Source of the DNA: Octopus bimaculoides
Lineage: Eukaryota
DNA: 45,060 bases
Direction of reading: 5' to 3'
NCBI RefSeq assembly: GCF_001194135.2
Contig: NC_069005.1
Location: forward strand, 33,074,352 to 33,119,411
The translations under genes were made by a program, and so were the position numbers. Of this stretch, positions 1 to 12,515 are shown in pieces (position 1 is the stretch's first letter; every line of letters starts with the position of its first letter). The notes under the pieces were generated by a model that worked only from the letters and a program-made list of their open reading frames with translations, was not told the origin of the DNA and ran no database searches.

Positions 1-49
<49 letters not shown>
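1..49. repeat. (TA)n microsatellite
   Basis: Pure TA dinucleotide run at the window start. Confidence 0.98.
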
Positions 50-50
<1 letters not shown>

Positions 51-51
<1 letters not shown>

Positions 52-281
52 TTAAAGACCCCCTTCAGTCATGAATGACCCTGGGATTACACCTAGAAAG
101 TTCCCCTCCAAGGCACAAGTCCAGGCAAGGTTGTTTATGGAAGACCAGCAGTCGTCCGTGCATACCAGCCTCCCCTCTCCATGCCACTGATGTTATCCAA
201 GGGAAAGGCAAAGGGGCCGATACAGCTTGGCACCAGTGATGTTGCAACTCATTTCTACAGCTGAGTTAACTGGAGCAACAT
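51..281 (-). mobile_element. SINE, 3' and central part (CORE/Meta-like central domain); head missing
   Basis: Ends in ctggagcaac, which is where the tRNA-like head copies at 11194-11317 and 30990-31105 begin; recognised from recall as an Octopus SINE. Confidence 0.7.
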
Positions 282-334
282 GTCTAAGTAGTTATGTGGT
301 TCATTTTTCAGTAAGGATATATGTAGGTTTCAAA

Positions 335-525
335 TGTTGGCACAAGGCCAGCAAGTTTGGAATAGAGGTTAAATACAGTGCTCAATTGGTACTTATTTTA
401 TTGACCCTGAAAGGATGCAAAACAGAGTGGATCTTGGCAGAATTTGAACTCAGAATGTAAAGACAGACAAAATACAGGCCTTTTGCCTGCCATGCTCACA
501 ATTTTGCTAGCTCACCACCTTCACA
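335..525 (-). mobile_element. Degraded SINE with Deu/Nin-like central domain
   Basis: ggtacttattttattgaccctgaaaggatgcaaaac...gaatttgaactcagaatgtaaag is the reverse complement of the gcctttcatcctttcggggtcaataaa...gtacc motif also seen at about 1990 and 25960. Confidence 0.75.
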
Positions 526-1191
526 TAAGTTTACATATGAATATTGTTGACTCTCTCGTCAGGGTACTTTATTCTACATCTTGCAGTTTGCTATATGGAA
601 AAATCACTTGCAATCAACCATAAGTCCTATCTAGGATGAGTTTGTTTCTCATTTGCTAACATAAAAAAAAAAACCCAAACAAACAAGTAATCTTTGGTCT
701 TGTGGATTCTTGAGTTTTATGACCGGCTTCACTGTTATAATAATTTCTGTTCAGCGTTTTTGTGTGTTTGTAAATACACTAACACTACAATAATTACAGC
801 ATATATATACTATTTTACATGTGTGTGTAAGAATACATACACATATGCTATATATGTATGATTATAGAGTCTCAGTAGAATACAACAACTTGTAACAATA
901 CATATTTAATGTGTTTATAAATATAGTATCTGTTGAGTAATTTAGCAGCTGGTTGAAATAGTTGACAACCTCTCACTTGCAAGGTCACGTTTCATATTCT
1001 GATGTGGAAAACAATAAATTGTTTTTTGTTTTTTGTAACCAAGCTTAAGTGTAGAAGACCACAAGAGGAATGAACAGATATTATTGCCAGAAATATGACA
1101 CAAATGAATCCAAAGTCAGTTTTTTGTTGATGCAACACAGCAGTAAAAATTTTAAACATCTATCTAATCTTTATATCTATCTATCTTTATA

Positions 1192-1224
<33 letters not shown>

Positions 1225-1544
1225 GTGTGTGTATATATATATAAATGTTAATCAGTACATTAATAAGGTAATAATTGCAATAATTGCATGATTATATTGG
1301 CAAATATAGATTTCTAACATTGGCATCAGGCCATAAATTTTGAGGAAGGATAGTTGATCAAATCAACTCCACCTCCCACTTATTTGAACAGAAAATATTT
1401 TATTGACTCCAGAAGAGGAGTTGAGTAGCAGAATAAGTAGTGTCAGATAAGATACCTTGTGATATTTAATTATGTATTTTATGACAGGGAGTAGCATCCC
1501 TGCCTTCCTGAGCTAATTTTCCATCACATTTCTTAAAAACCATG

Positions 1545-1680
1545 GTAGAGGGGCCTTGGTCTTGGGACCACTCCTGCCTAGAAACTGAGGATGGGGGTAA
1601 GCAAGGGCATGCTCCCCATAGAGAATCCAGCTCTGAAAAAGCCTTGTGACAATAGCAAAGCCTCATGACAGGAGTTTAAA
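1545..1680 (+). mobile_element. Possible RTE-related UTR fragment
   Basis: GC-richer island; ggggtaagcaagggcatgctcccc resembles the gttaggaagggcatcc motif of the RTE-type elements at about 24910 and 32230; recall-based. Confidence 0.3.
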
Positions 1681-1879
1681 ACCCACTGCAGTCAACTTTG
1701 ACTTTAACCCTTCTTGGTTTGATAAAATAAGGTAGCAGTTAAGTATCATTGTTTAGATTAGTGAAGCACTCCAGGTATTCTCGCGGCAGGGTCTGAGGTC
1801 ATAGTTCATCACCATTCTATATTGTAAATTCATAGTTGTGCCCCATCTTTTATACCAAGACAAAGCATGTACATGATAT

Positions 1880-2112
1880 CACTTCTAATCAGTTAAGATC
1901 AGAAGCCATGAGAGCCACTGCTTGGTATTGCATCAGATTATCATTTTGGCGACTCTGCCCTTTGAAAGTCAAAGTCACCAAGGTCGACTTTGCCTTTCAT
2001 CGTTTTGGGGTCAATAAATTAAATACCAGTTGAACACTGGGGTTGATGCCATCGACACATCCCCTGCCCTTGTGGCAAAATTTGAAACCATTATTATTAT
2101 TATTATTATTAT
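1880..2112 (+). mobile_element. SINE with Deu/Nin-like domain and (ATT)n tail
   Basis: aaggtcgactttgcctttcatcgttttggggtcaataaattaaataccag followed by a terminal (att)n tail. Confidence 0.75.
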
Positions 2113-2819
2113 AAAATCTGAGGAAAGGGAATAGAACCTGTCGCATTTTCAAACTTTCTTAGGGAGATTATTTTGATAAAAAATGGCTATATGATGTTGG
2201 AAAAGCAACAAAAACTTGGCTGAAATCTTGTGCAAATTACTTCCAATTGCTAAGATGACAGTGAAGGTTCCATACAATATCTGTCTTACATTTTCTGCAC
2301 TATTTGTAAAGAGTTTATGAAAACATTTATATAAACGGTAGTTCTCCAGCATGGCCCCACTGGTTTGGAATATATAAAAAGTATATGAATGTATTGAGTC
2401 CACTGTTTCATGATTGTTAGGCCCAGGTTTCCAGTCTGAGGATGACCCTTTCCTTTCTTCCACCAGTCTCGTGGGGCCTTGCAGAAATGGCATAGGTGCT
2501 GCCTTCTCTCTTCTGACTAAGTTATAAAAACAAAAATATTCTTGAAGGGGTTTGATGTCAAATACATTTCCTGGACTAACAATAGATTTCAGACATTTCA
2601 TAGACTATGATATTTCGACTATTTCTAATGAAAGGAGCGTGATATAATAAAGATCAATTTGTATGCCACAAGTGAAGTTCTGACATTTCAGACGAGGCCC
2701 CAGAATTTTCTATTGATATGGCTTCACTTTAGTTTTATATTGGGAAAGGTATGAGTGTCATAAAACCATTTTCTCTTTTACCTATAGTTCTAAAGATCCT
2801 TGTCAAATTACGAGCTCAT

Positions 2820-2990
2820 TGATGTTTAACCCCAGGTCATCCCTGATCCAGCAGACCTCATAAAGGGGATTTCAGCAATACCCATTTCATCTTTTTTCTA
2901 GACATAATGTACCAGGATTATGCTATTCTGGTGAGACATGGCTACTGTTTTTAGCAGGTTGAGTGATTGTATTAAAAGTTCATTCTTGGT
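2820..2990 (-). mobile_element. Degraded (CAA)n-tailed retroposon 3' end (high-copy family in this window)
   Basis: gtttaaccccaggtcatccctgatccagcagacct...ggctactgtttttagcaggttgag is shared with many other copies. Confidence 0.7.
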
Positions 2991-3544
2991 TCAAAGCTGG
3001 TGTTATTGGTCTATGAGATGAAATAGAAACAAAAGTTTAGAAGAGGGCCCTTTGCATTTAAAGAAACAAAACCTTGGGTCCTTACTTCATCTTACTTATT
3101 TTCAATTTGATTTCTGCTAATGCAAGCCAGCAAGTTAATACTTGTATGTGACTATCCTTATTTACAAAACTATTATAATTTGTCTGCTTTCTACACTGGT
3201 ACTTAAGCAATTCTAGTGAATATGCTTATTTACAAAAAGCAACACTAGTTTGTCTGTTCCATACACAGTCAACCAATTCTATAGTTTGTCTGCACTTTAC
3301 ACAGTTTCCATATTTAAATTATGCTATATAAACTATTTTGTCAGTAATATCAGTTGTTACATTATTATTAAAGTCTAGTATTTCAATTAAATGTTTTTCT
3401 AGTAATATAAACTAATGTAATATAAACTAATGACTATGCAGAGTTTTTATTTGTTCACTAAGTGACTTGATTTGAGTCTTTGTGTTGTTGATACTGGATC
3501 AATAATATTGTGGTAGAACAGCCATTATACTCATCTTTTATCTT

Positions 3545-3957
3545 CTACTTGTTTCGGTCATTGAACTTAGGCCATGCTGGAGCAGCAACCTGGAAGGGTT
3601 TTAGTCGAATGTATCAGTCCCTGTACTTATTGGTGTTGGCTTGTTTACATCCCTGTAACTTGCTGAACTCCGTTAAGTCACAGGGATGTAAACAACCAAC
3701 ACCAGTTGTTAAGTAGTGGACGGGGCGGGGGTAGACAAACGCAATATAGGCACAAAAGCATCCACACACACACACACATACACACACGCATACACATGAC
3801 TGGCTTCTTTCAGTTTCTGTCTACTATATCCATTCACAAGGCTCTGGTTGGCCCAAGCTGTAGTAGAAGACACCTGCCCTAGGTGCTGTGCAGTATGATT
3901 GAACCGAAGACCACATGGTTGGGAAGTAAGCTTCACACCCACATGATGGCCATGCCT
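3545..3957 (-). mobile_element. Full-length composite tRNA-headed SINE with internal (CA/TG)n
   Basis: tRNA-like head at about 3800-3957, microsatellite at about 3763-3790, 3' half ending in rc tgaccgaaacaagtagaaga; same layout at 4698, 31106 and 44340. Confidence 0.85.
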
Positions 3958-4697
3958 GCATGTATTTCACTTTTCATTTATTTTTGTTTGAGGTGTCCAA
4001 AATTTCGTTGCACTTTTGCAACCTGGTCTGGTCACTCACACATTTTCACTGTGTGTTGTTGAAAAATAAGATACTGGCAAGTTTTTTATAAGCTTTGTTG
4101 GTTGTAGAATGTGGTGTGTGTGTGAATGTATGTTTATTTTTCTGTTCTGTCTCCTCCCCGCTGCCCTCCGTTCTTTTGTTTTCTCTTGTTTGTTTCTTAA
4201 GGTAGTTACCTTCAACTTCAAGTCTGACAGCTTAATATATATTCTGATGTGTTGATTAGGTTCTATTTTTTGTTGTTGTTGAACTTGTGGACCAGTGGGA
4301 CTACTATATTGTTGCTATTTGACCACTGAAGGTCAAATGTTTTATGTCTCAGCAATATTATTATATATAGTAAACTGGTTTTGCAAGTAAGCCATTTAAT
4401 TTAATATTATGCAGGACAGAATATTGAATGACAGTTTTCTAATTAAATAATTATTATATATATCGTGTTATGAATTAACTGAGATTTTAATGTAAATGTT
4501 ACTAGAGGTTTTCTGTGTGATTTTTTAAATTTTCTGCTGAAACCTCTGGTTTTAACTCTTTCAAATTTAGAGCAGTGAATGCAAAATTTGAATATATACA
4601 TAATTTAGAATAAAGCTAATGTCTAATTAGGTTAATTTAGCAGCACCAAATTTAAAGTCCTAAAGATTAGAAAGGTAATTTGAAATAATTATGTTAT

Positions 4698-4905
4698 GTT
4701 TTACTTGTTTGTCATTTTTGACAGTGGCCATGCTGGGGCACTGCCTTAAAGTTGGAAAAATCAATGCCAGGATTTATGTTTTAAAGCCTGGTACTTATTC
4801 TATTGGTTCTCTTTTACTGAATTGCTAAGTTATGGGGATGTAAACACACCAACACTGGTTGCCGAACAGTGGGGAAGGGGGACTAATACAGGTACAAAGA
4901 CATGC

Positions 4906-4955
<50 letters not shown>

Positions 4956-5024
4956 GGGCTTCTTTCAGTTTCCGTTTATCATATCCACTCACAAGGCTCT
5001 GGTTAGCCCGAAACTGTAGTAGAA
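4698..5024 (-). mobile_element. Composite SINE, 5'-truncated, with internal (TA)n
   Basis: Aligns by eye with 3545-3870; long TA run at about 4908-4951. Confidence 0.85.
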
Positions 5025-6313
5025 TATATATAGTCAGGTATATGAACAAATAAGCAATATCACCCCAATTATTTGTATTCTACAAAAAATCTCTAGCTCC
5101 TGGATGCAAAACAAATTAAAACCATTAAAAAATGATTTAAAGATGGTGTAAGTAGAAGTTATGATGGTTTTAAGTTACTGCTGATTTCAAATAATGTTGG
5201 TATTTGCTTAATTGTAGACACAACTGGGGAGATCATGTCTTGTCTTGTCAACTACCTATCTTGATTGGAGGAATTTCTTTCAAGTATCTTTGTACTTTCA
5301 TTCCATTTAGTAAATATACATTAATCTTGTTTACTTTGCTCTAGTTACAGATAAAAGATAATACAAGAAAACCGTTGTATTTCTTTGTTATCTATTGCTC
5401 TGTTATTTGAAGGTTTTTCTCTCTATGAAAGCTAGATTGATTCCTCTTGATACAGAAATTTCAGATATATTTACACCTGTCACATCTACTCCTCTTGGAA
5501 TCTGAAGCTTTGCACTTACTTGGAAAACTATTCCAGTTCTTGTATACTCTTTCTATAAAACACAAATGTTATGACATTATAACTAGGTAGGTTTTGAAGC
5601 ATATGTGTGGTACACAAGGAGAAGCCATTAAATAATCAAGACATATTTATGTCCAATAGGGCAGTGACACAGTGCATATATGCACTGGGACCCTGTAGGC
5701 TGCAGTGATATTTGTGTGTGTTTATTTCAAGCTTGATATGGAGTAGGGGAGCTGAAGCTGATCAAGGAACATTGAAATCTGATGGTATCAATAGTTTGGC
5801 CAGTGTGTCTTATTGCTATATCATTTGGAATTGTTCTTAAAAGGACCACTGTTAACAAGAGGTAATCTTTTGTACGATAGCAAAAGGAGTGGTGTTATCT
5901 TCTGAGTAAACTGTTCAACAATGGTGCAGTGAATGATGATAGCAATGATAGATAATAGCAGCTTGGTAGAATGATGATAATAAGAATGTGAATGGTGGTA
6001 ATGATAGCAAGAGGCAGTCTGAATATTCTTAAAACCACATTTGATGTTAAGATGAAGGAAACTGTAGACACAGCACAGAACAATTGCTTCATTTAATAGG
6101 TCAACTGAAGAATTTTTTTATTATTTTTATTGAACTCCTGTCTGCTGGCGTTGATTGACAAAACTATACTTTGGTACTTTAGGCTAGTTCTGATGTAGGT
6201 TGTGAATCAATGAAGGCTAATGAGTTCATCTGGAGGTACATGTGTCTGTCTCTCTCTCTCTAATACATGCACACACTCACATATATAGTGCTTTTAAGCA
6301 CTTTGTACATATG

Positions 6314-6328
6314 TATGTGTGTGTGTAT

Positions 6329-6424
<96 letters not shown>

Positions 6425-6598
6425 GTATATATATATATTTGTGTATGTCTATGCTTGTGTGTGTGTGTGTGCATGCTTATGCTTGTGTGTGTGTGTGTGC
6501 ATGCTTATGCATGTGTGTGTGCGCAGAAATACTTGTGTGTGTGTGTGTGTGTGTGTGCATATGCAAGCTTGTGAGTGTATGTATGTGTGTGTCTGTAT
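6314..6598. repeat. Compound microsatellite: (TA)n then interrupted (TG)n with repeated atgctt spacers
   Basis: About 85 bp of pure TA followed by atgcttgtgtgt...gcatgctt blocks. Confidence 0.95.
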
Positions 6599-7942
6599 AG
6601 AAGAAAACCTGAAGACAACTGGCATTCTGGTTGGAATTCTATAATTAAGATAGCAAGTTACCATATAGTTGTCTTTGAAATTCAGTTGTAATTGGCAGAC
6701 ATTAGTGGTTGACATATTCCATTTATAGAATATAACAGTTCTTTACTATAAATAGCCAGGAATGAAATGGCAAGTGAATCAGTTAAAGCAAATCTATTTT
6801 ATATCTCATTTTAAATGTTGCTTACACAATATTGAAAGTCAGTCTCATTGTTCAACAAAAGACTTGCTTCTCCTTATTGTAAACAGATTGAAACATGTGC
6901 TGCAAATGTAGTCTCTTCATAAATATTTATTATTTAAGCTTTAGTTATTCATGGTGAAGTAGCAATATATAGAGATTAGTTTAGGTGCTGCACTACTGGC
7001 ACCTATAGTTCATGAGCTTATGTGTATTTCACTACCAGACTTATATGCCTCCTGCCCTTAGGCTATCCACACATCATTCTAATTATCTTGGCGTGTTTAA
7101 TAGAAAAATGTGTACTACTTCCTACATCACAATTGATTTGTTGGTGGTATAAAGATCAGCGAACCTTAAAAATAACTGCTTTGACAATATACATAAATAG
7201 GTAAAATGGGAAAATAAATTAAATAATCCTGCTTTTATCAGCATCAGAAAGAAAATGGATATAAATATATTAAAACAGACACTTTTCCAGCAGTGACTCC
7301 ATTTTATATTATTAAAATAATGTTTCATTATTTCAAATACAAAAGCCGAAACTGTTCCTTAATTCATTATTGACTAAGCACTACTGGTGTGTGTGTGTGT
7401 ATCACTTTCGCTTCTATTCATATGGAGATTAAATCTCTGATACAGAAATTGCATTAGATTACATATACTCTAAAGAAACATTTCCTGATGATATCTAGAA
7501 ATTTAGGTCATTGATTGAGTGCTGTTTTATGTCAGGTTTATTTTAGCCTTTTTTCCATTTTTTTAAAAAATAATATTTTTGTATCTATTGTTCTTTATGC
7601 TGTCTCAGATTAGAAGCTTCTATAAATTTAGAGAAATACAACTAATACCTTGACACTTAATCCATTTGAACTTCCTTTTATCCTGTGTAAATACACCTGT
7701 TTGTACTTTGTAGAACAAGTCCTACAATGGGTGGATCAGATACTTTGTAAAAGATATCTTCATTTTATTACAGTTTTGACTTTAAAATACCCACTTTATT
7801 TAAGATATGTTAATAAATTTTTTACTCTTCCTTCTGTATATATAATTTGTGTATGTGTATATCTCATCATCTTTGCTTTACATTCTTTTCCATGCCAGCA
7901 TGGATTCTATAGCTGGCTATATATATATATATATATATATAT

Positions 7943-8449
7943 NNNNNNNNNNNNNNNNNNNNNNNNNNNNNNNNNNNNNNNNNNNNNNNNNNNNNNNNNN
8001 NNNNNNNNNNNNNNNNNNNNNNNNNNNNNNNNNNNNNNNNNNNNNNNNNNNNNNNNNNNNNNNNNNNNNNNNNNNNNNNNNNNNNNNNNNNNNNNNNNNN
8101 NNNNNNNNNNNNNNNNNNNNNNNNNNNNNNNNNNNNNNNNNNNNNNNNNNNNNNNNNNNNNNNNNNNNNNNNNNNNNNNNNNNNNNNNNNNNNNNNNNNN
8201 NNNNNNNNNNNNNNNNNNNNNNNNNNNNNNNNNNNNNNNNNNNNNNNNNNNNNNNNNNNNNNNNNNNNNNNNNNNNNNNNNNNNNNNNNNNNNNNNNNNN
8301 NNNNNNNNNNNNNNNNNNNNNNNNNNNNNNNNNNNNNNNNNNNNNNNNNNNNNNNNNNNNNNNNNNNNNNNNNNNNNNNNNNNNNNNNNNNNNNNNNNNN
8401 NNNNNNNNNNNNNNNNNNNNNNNNNNNNNNNNNNNNNNNNNNNNNNNNN
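7943..8449. other. Assembly gap (N-run) flanked by (TA)n
   Basis: N characters. Confidence 1.
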
Positions 8450-9109
8450 TATATATATATATATATATATGATGGCATGTTTCTAGATAGGTCTACACAC
8501 ACAAACATTAATTGCTAAGCGACATTGATCATGCATCAGAGTGCATACATATAAATTTTGCTATTATTGCATTTATTTGTTGCTTTCAGTAGGATGTAAT
8601 ATATTGATTTTTTTTTTTTGTTCGGTAAGGGATTTTTGAGTTGAGTTGATTTGAGTTTGTGTGTTATAAAAAAAGAAAAAGTAAAAAAGGATACTGTATC
8701 ATGTGGTTTGAGTCATATTGGCTATATTAAATATAACATATGCTATCATATTCACTTGCTTTTTTTCCACTTTATAATTATCAGTGGTATCAAGTCTCTC
8801 CTTGTACACATGTGATCTGTTTACTGATACTCTGTTACATTCCTTGTCGAATGATGTATGACAAGACATTTTTCACAATTAACTATTAAAAAGAAATAAA
8901 GGCATGAACATAATGACATGTGTATTTTAAACGGCCGAAATGGCTCACAGCAACATACAACATTAGTATATTGATTTCTTCATGAATGTTTTATGTGTTA
9001 TATACATATATATATGTGTGTGTGTGTGTCTGTGTGTGACACATTGCTATTGTGGCTCCAGTGTTTCTCATTGTACTTAGCAGTAATAATAGAAATGTTG
9101 AAAGCGGTG

Positions 9110-9310
9110 TTAGTTATTTGTCCCTAGGTCAGTCCTGATCAAGCTAACTATAATCAAATGCAGTCAAACCATGACCATCCCTTTTTACTGTGCACAAGTA
9201 ATTGCAGTCCGATCTGTCTTTTTTATCAAAGGCTAAAGCATATGATTTGAGGGTATTTGGCTTCTGTTTCTAGCTGGTTGAGCAATTACATAGAATCTCC
9301 CTCATGAGTT
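9110..9310 (-). mobile_element. (CAA)n-tailed retroposon family copy
   Basis: ccctaggtcagtcctgatcaagctaac...atgatttgagggtatttggcttctgtttctagctggttgag. Confidence 0.65.
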
Positions 9311-9451
9311 GCAGGATTGTAGCACAGCATTCAGTTTTGACCCTTTCCATTCTGTGCACATGTCCTGCCACGGTCACTTTGTAGTTAGTACTGTAGGTAC
9401 TAATAAATATCATTGCTTTCTATCTCTTCAGTGTCAGTAATACAATTCTCT

Positions 9452-9620
9452 TTGTTTAACCCCAGGTTAGCCTTGATTGAGTAGACCTGTGATCATAGAT
9501 CTTGCAAATGTGTTTGATCCAGCCCTATTGTTCACTTTTCCCATCCATTTTTTTAAAGTGGTGGCATGTAATCTGGGGTAGGTTTGGCTATTATTTCAAT
9601 CTGATTTAGTGACCACATAA
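9452..9620 (-). mobile_element. (CAA)n-tailed retroposon family copy
   Basis: gtttaaccccaggttagccttgattgagtagacctgtgatc...ggtttggctattatttc. Confidence 0.65.
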
Positions 9621-10359
9621 ACACTCCTTCATTGGATTCTATATAAGTACCAGTAATATACTGAGGTGTTTCACCCAGTGTTATAAAACCAGCAAAACTT
9701 GACCTTATACCTGTGCTGTATTTTTCTCTCTCATACATCAATAGCTGTTAAGAGTAGGGGTTGTATCTGAGTTGAAAGTGGCAGCATGACCCATGACCTT
9801 TGCAGGCCTTGCAGTAATGTTCAACCTGCACATCTGCACATCAATGCATGAACTCCTCTAAGTCTTGACACTTATTTTGCACTTTTAGTTCTCACAAGCT
9901 ATAATGTGTTAACGGTTACCGTTACACTTCTCATGGTATTTTGACAACTTTATTAACATATTGATTTTTCTTTAATTCTGCTCTCCTCACTCAATGGTTT
10001 TCTTTCATTTCCACCAATACCACAGCTACTGCCTGGAGTTGTAGCTCCTCCATGTTGATTGCTGTGTTCTTTCACAATGTCTCTAAATCCATGTTTAATC
10101 ATGTTAACTGAGATTGCATGCTAATGGATCAGTGGGGGTGGAGTGTGTGTGTGTGGGGGAGGTGTTACTCTACCCTGGTTCTAACTTTTTTTTGCAGATG
10201 GTTGATCTGAAATATTGTAAAAGATAACATCTAAAATCCTTTTAAATGTTTCATGTTCAATATTTTTGCTTTTTAGTAGAAGACAAATAACCATAGGGCC
10301 TTTGACAGCTTCTTTGTATTGGTTTCTATTGGTGACCATATATCTTGAACTGTTTTGAT

Positions 10360-10545
10360 GTTGTATAGCCCCAGGTCAAGGTCAACCTTGATTGAACAAT
10401 CCTACAATCAGTGCCGTTCCTACTGTTACCATGCCATCATCCATTTTTTTTCAAACCATGTATCTTTTCTTATTTAAAATGACAGATGTGATTTGAAAGA
10501 GATTTAGTTGTTATTCCTAGCAAAATCAGGTGACCATATAATGGG
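10360..10545 (-). mobile_element. (CAA)n-tailed retroposon family copy
   Basis: tagccccaggtca...gtgatttgaaagagatttagttgttattcctagc. Confidence 0.6.
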
Positions 10546-11193
10546 TTCTTCTTTGACTCATTTCTTATTGTAGGTAATAGTTTGGTACTACAGTTGCAAG
10601 AACATTCTGTATATTAGTGTTTGATAGATTTTCTTATTCGCTAGAGTCTGACATGAACTCTGCTTTGTGAAAAATATTTATATTCTCTTTAGCAATGAGA
10701 TATTTAGTAAAACTGTCACTGTTTTTCTTATATTCTTTATTTCATCTTCCATATTCCCATCTTATTTTTTCTATCACCAAATAGTTTTACATCTTTCATT
10801 TGTTGTTGTATTTAAAGACTGAAATATTTTTGGTCATTTTTTTTTCCAGTGGCCTACAAAAAAAAAGAAAAAAAAAATGACCAAAAATAAAACGTAAACT
10901 TTATTTTCTCTTATGTTGTATATGTGTTTTTTTAAATATAATTTCTCTAAATGTATTACCTGTAATCATCTTGATCTGAGAATAACATGTGACAAATAGA
11001 ATGACAGAGAAGTCAACTTTGCCTTTTGTCCTACGAGTACCAGTAATATACTTTTTATGATGTCGTTGTCTACACACTTTAACAATTGATCTTGATCAAA
11101 TGTAAAATATAGAAGCAACTGAGATGGTCAAATGGTTTATGCTTTACGATGACACATGACATGTGACCAACCAGACTGTCAGATTGAAAGGGG

Positions 11194-11317
11194 ACTGGAG
11201 CAACCTGAAAAGAAGTGTTTTGCTCAAGAACACAATGTGCTGCCCGGTCTGGGAATTGAACCCATGATCTAGTGATTGTGAGTGCAGCAGCCTAACCACT
11301 AGGCCATGTGCCTTCAC
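11194..11317 (-). mobile_element. tRNA-derived SINE head
   Basis: Reverse complement gives A-box-like tggcctagtggttagg and B-box-like ggttcaattccc, then gtgttcttgagcaaaacact. Confidence 0.8.
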
Positions 11318-12084
11318 ATGCTTTATTATATAAACTTTAATACTTCCTCAGTCAGCTTTACCTTTTATCCCAATAGAGGTCATACTTCCTCTTCTTAGTA
11401 ATTGTATTTATTATGCTCCATTTTTATTTTGTGTACCAAGTTCAGATCACACTTTACCATTCATCTCTCTGCAGTCACTCAGTTGGTAAGTGGCATGTGT
11501 AAAGCAAAGTCATTGACGAAAATGCTTCCCTGTGAATGTGTAACCTTGTACCAATATGAGAGATCAATATTATATAACTGGAAAAACATCTGTAAGCTAT
11601 TTTGTATGTATAACAAATGGAAACTCACCAGGTAGTTGTATACAAGTCTGAGACAATACGCTGTGATTAGCAGAAAATAGAATGATGTAATAATGCATTT
11701 TGGGAAATTTCCAGAAAAATCTGTATTTGGAGAAAATGATTAGTAGTCATCAAATGAGTTGTTCATTCTTTTACTCATTCAAACATTCCTGTATTCATTC
11801 ATTCTTTTATTCCTGTATTCATTGAGTTATTCCTTCATTCATTAGCATAGTTATTGCCAGAAAGTTCTTTCTTTATTCACAGATTTATTATTGACATATC
11901 TATAATTACCATCTGATTATATTTTTTATATTATTAGATAAAGAAAACATTTGTAAGAGTGTGTGTGTTATTTGTATTCTGTTTATTATTTATTTAGAAA
12001 ACAACTAAAACAATTTTAAACAATTAGATACACCAAGGAGACAAAGGTGGGTAATCTTAATGTATTGGGGCCTTTCTTTGGAAA

Positions 12085-12515
12085 AAGACAGGTCCTCTGT
12101 GAGGCCCAAAGTTTGAAGATCATGCTTCACCATCTTGTCCTATGTCTTCTTGGGTCTACCTCTACCACAGGTTCCCTCCACAGTTACAGATTGGCACTTC
12201 TTTACACAGCTGTCCTTGTCCATACACATCACATGACCATATTAGTGCACTTGTCTCTCTTGCACACCACTTCTGATGCCTCTCATGCCTAACTTTTCTC
12301 CCAAGTTGCTTACACTCTGTCGAACATGCACACTGACATTGCACATCCAGCGAAGCATACTGGCTTCATTTCTCTCAAGCCAGTGCATGTCCTTGGCTGT
12401 CACAGCCCATGTTTCACTGCAGTGTAGCATGGCTGCTTGCACACAGGCATCATGCAATCTGCCTTTCACTCTGAGAGAAAGGCCCTTTGTTGCCAACAGA
12501 ACATTGTACATTGGT
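12085..12515 (-). mobile_element. RTE-clade non-LTR retrotransposon ORF C-terminal remnant (pseudogenised)
   Basis: One frame reads LLATKGLSLRVKGRLHDACVQAAMLHCSETWAVT...ERNEASMLRWMCNVS...QVH*YGHVMCMDKDSCVKKCQSVTVEGTCGRGRPKKT*DKMVKHDL; matches the RTE GSETW / RWYGHV / GRGRP motifs, with stops at the two Trp positions. Confidence 0.9.

Noticed and set aside
5465-5586. Overlapping exon candidates on both strands
   Set aside because: Mutually inconsistent and no recognisable product
6242-6715. Stacked ORFs rich in YI/CV/HT
   Set aside because: Translations of (TA)n and (TG)n microsatellites; the same applies at 4822-5053, 15807-16160 and 23087-23501
7475-7510. CTGATGA...GAAA canonical hammerhead core
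   Set aside because: The 6 nt between the motifs cannot form stem II, and there is no helix III
7650-8508. Long ORFs of 200-290 aa, also at 16351-17094 and 33917-34912
   Set aside because: They are open only because they run through N gaps
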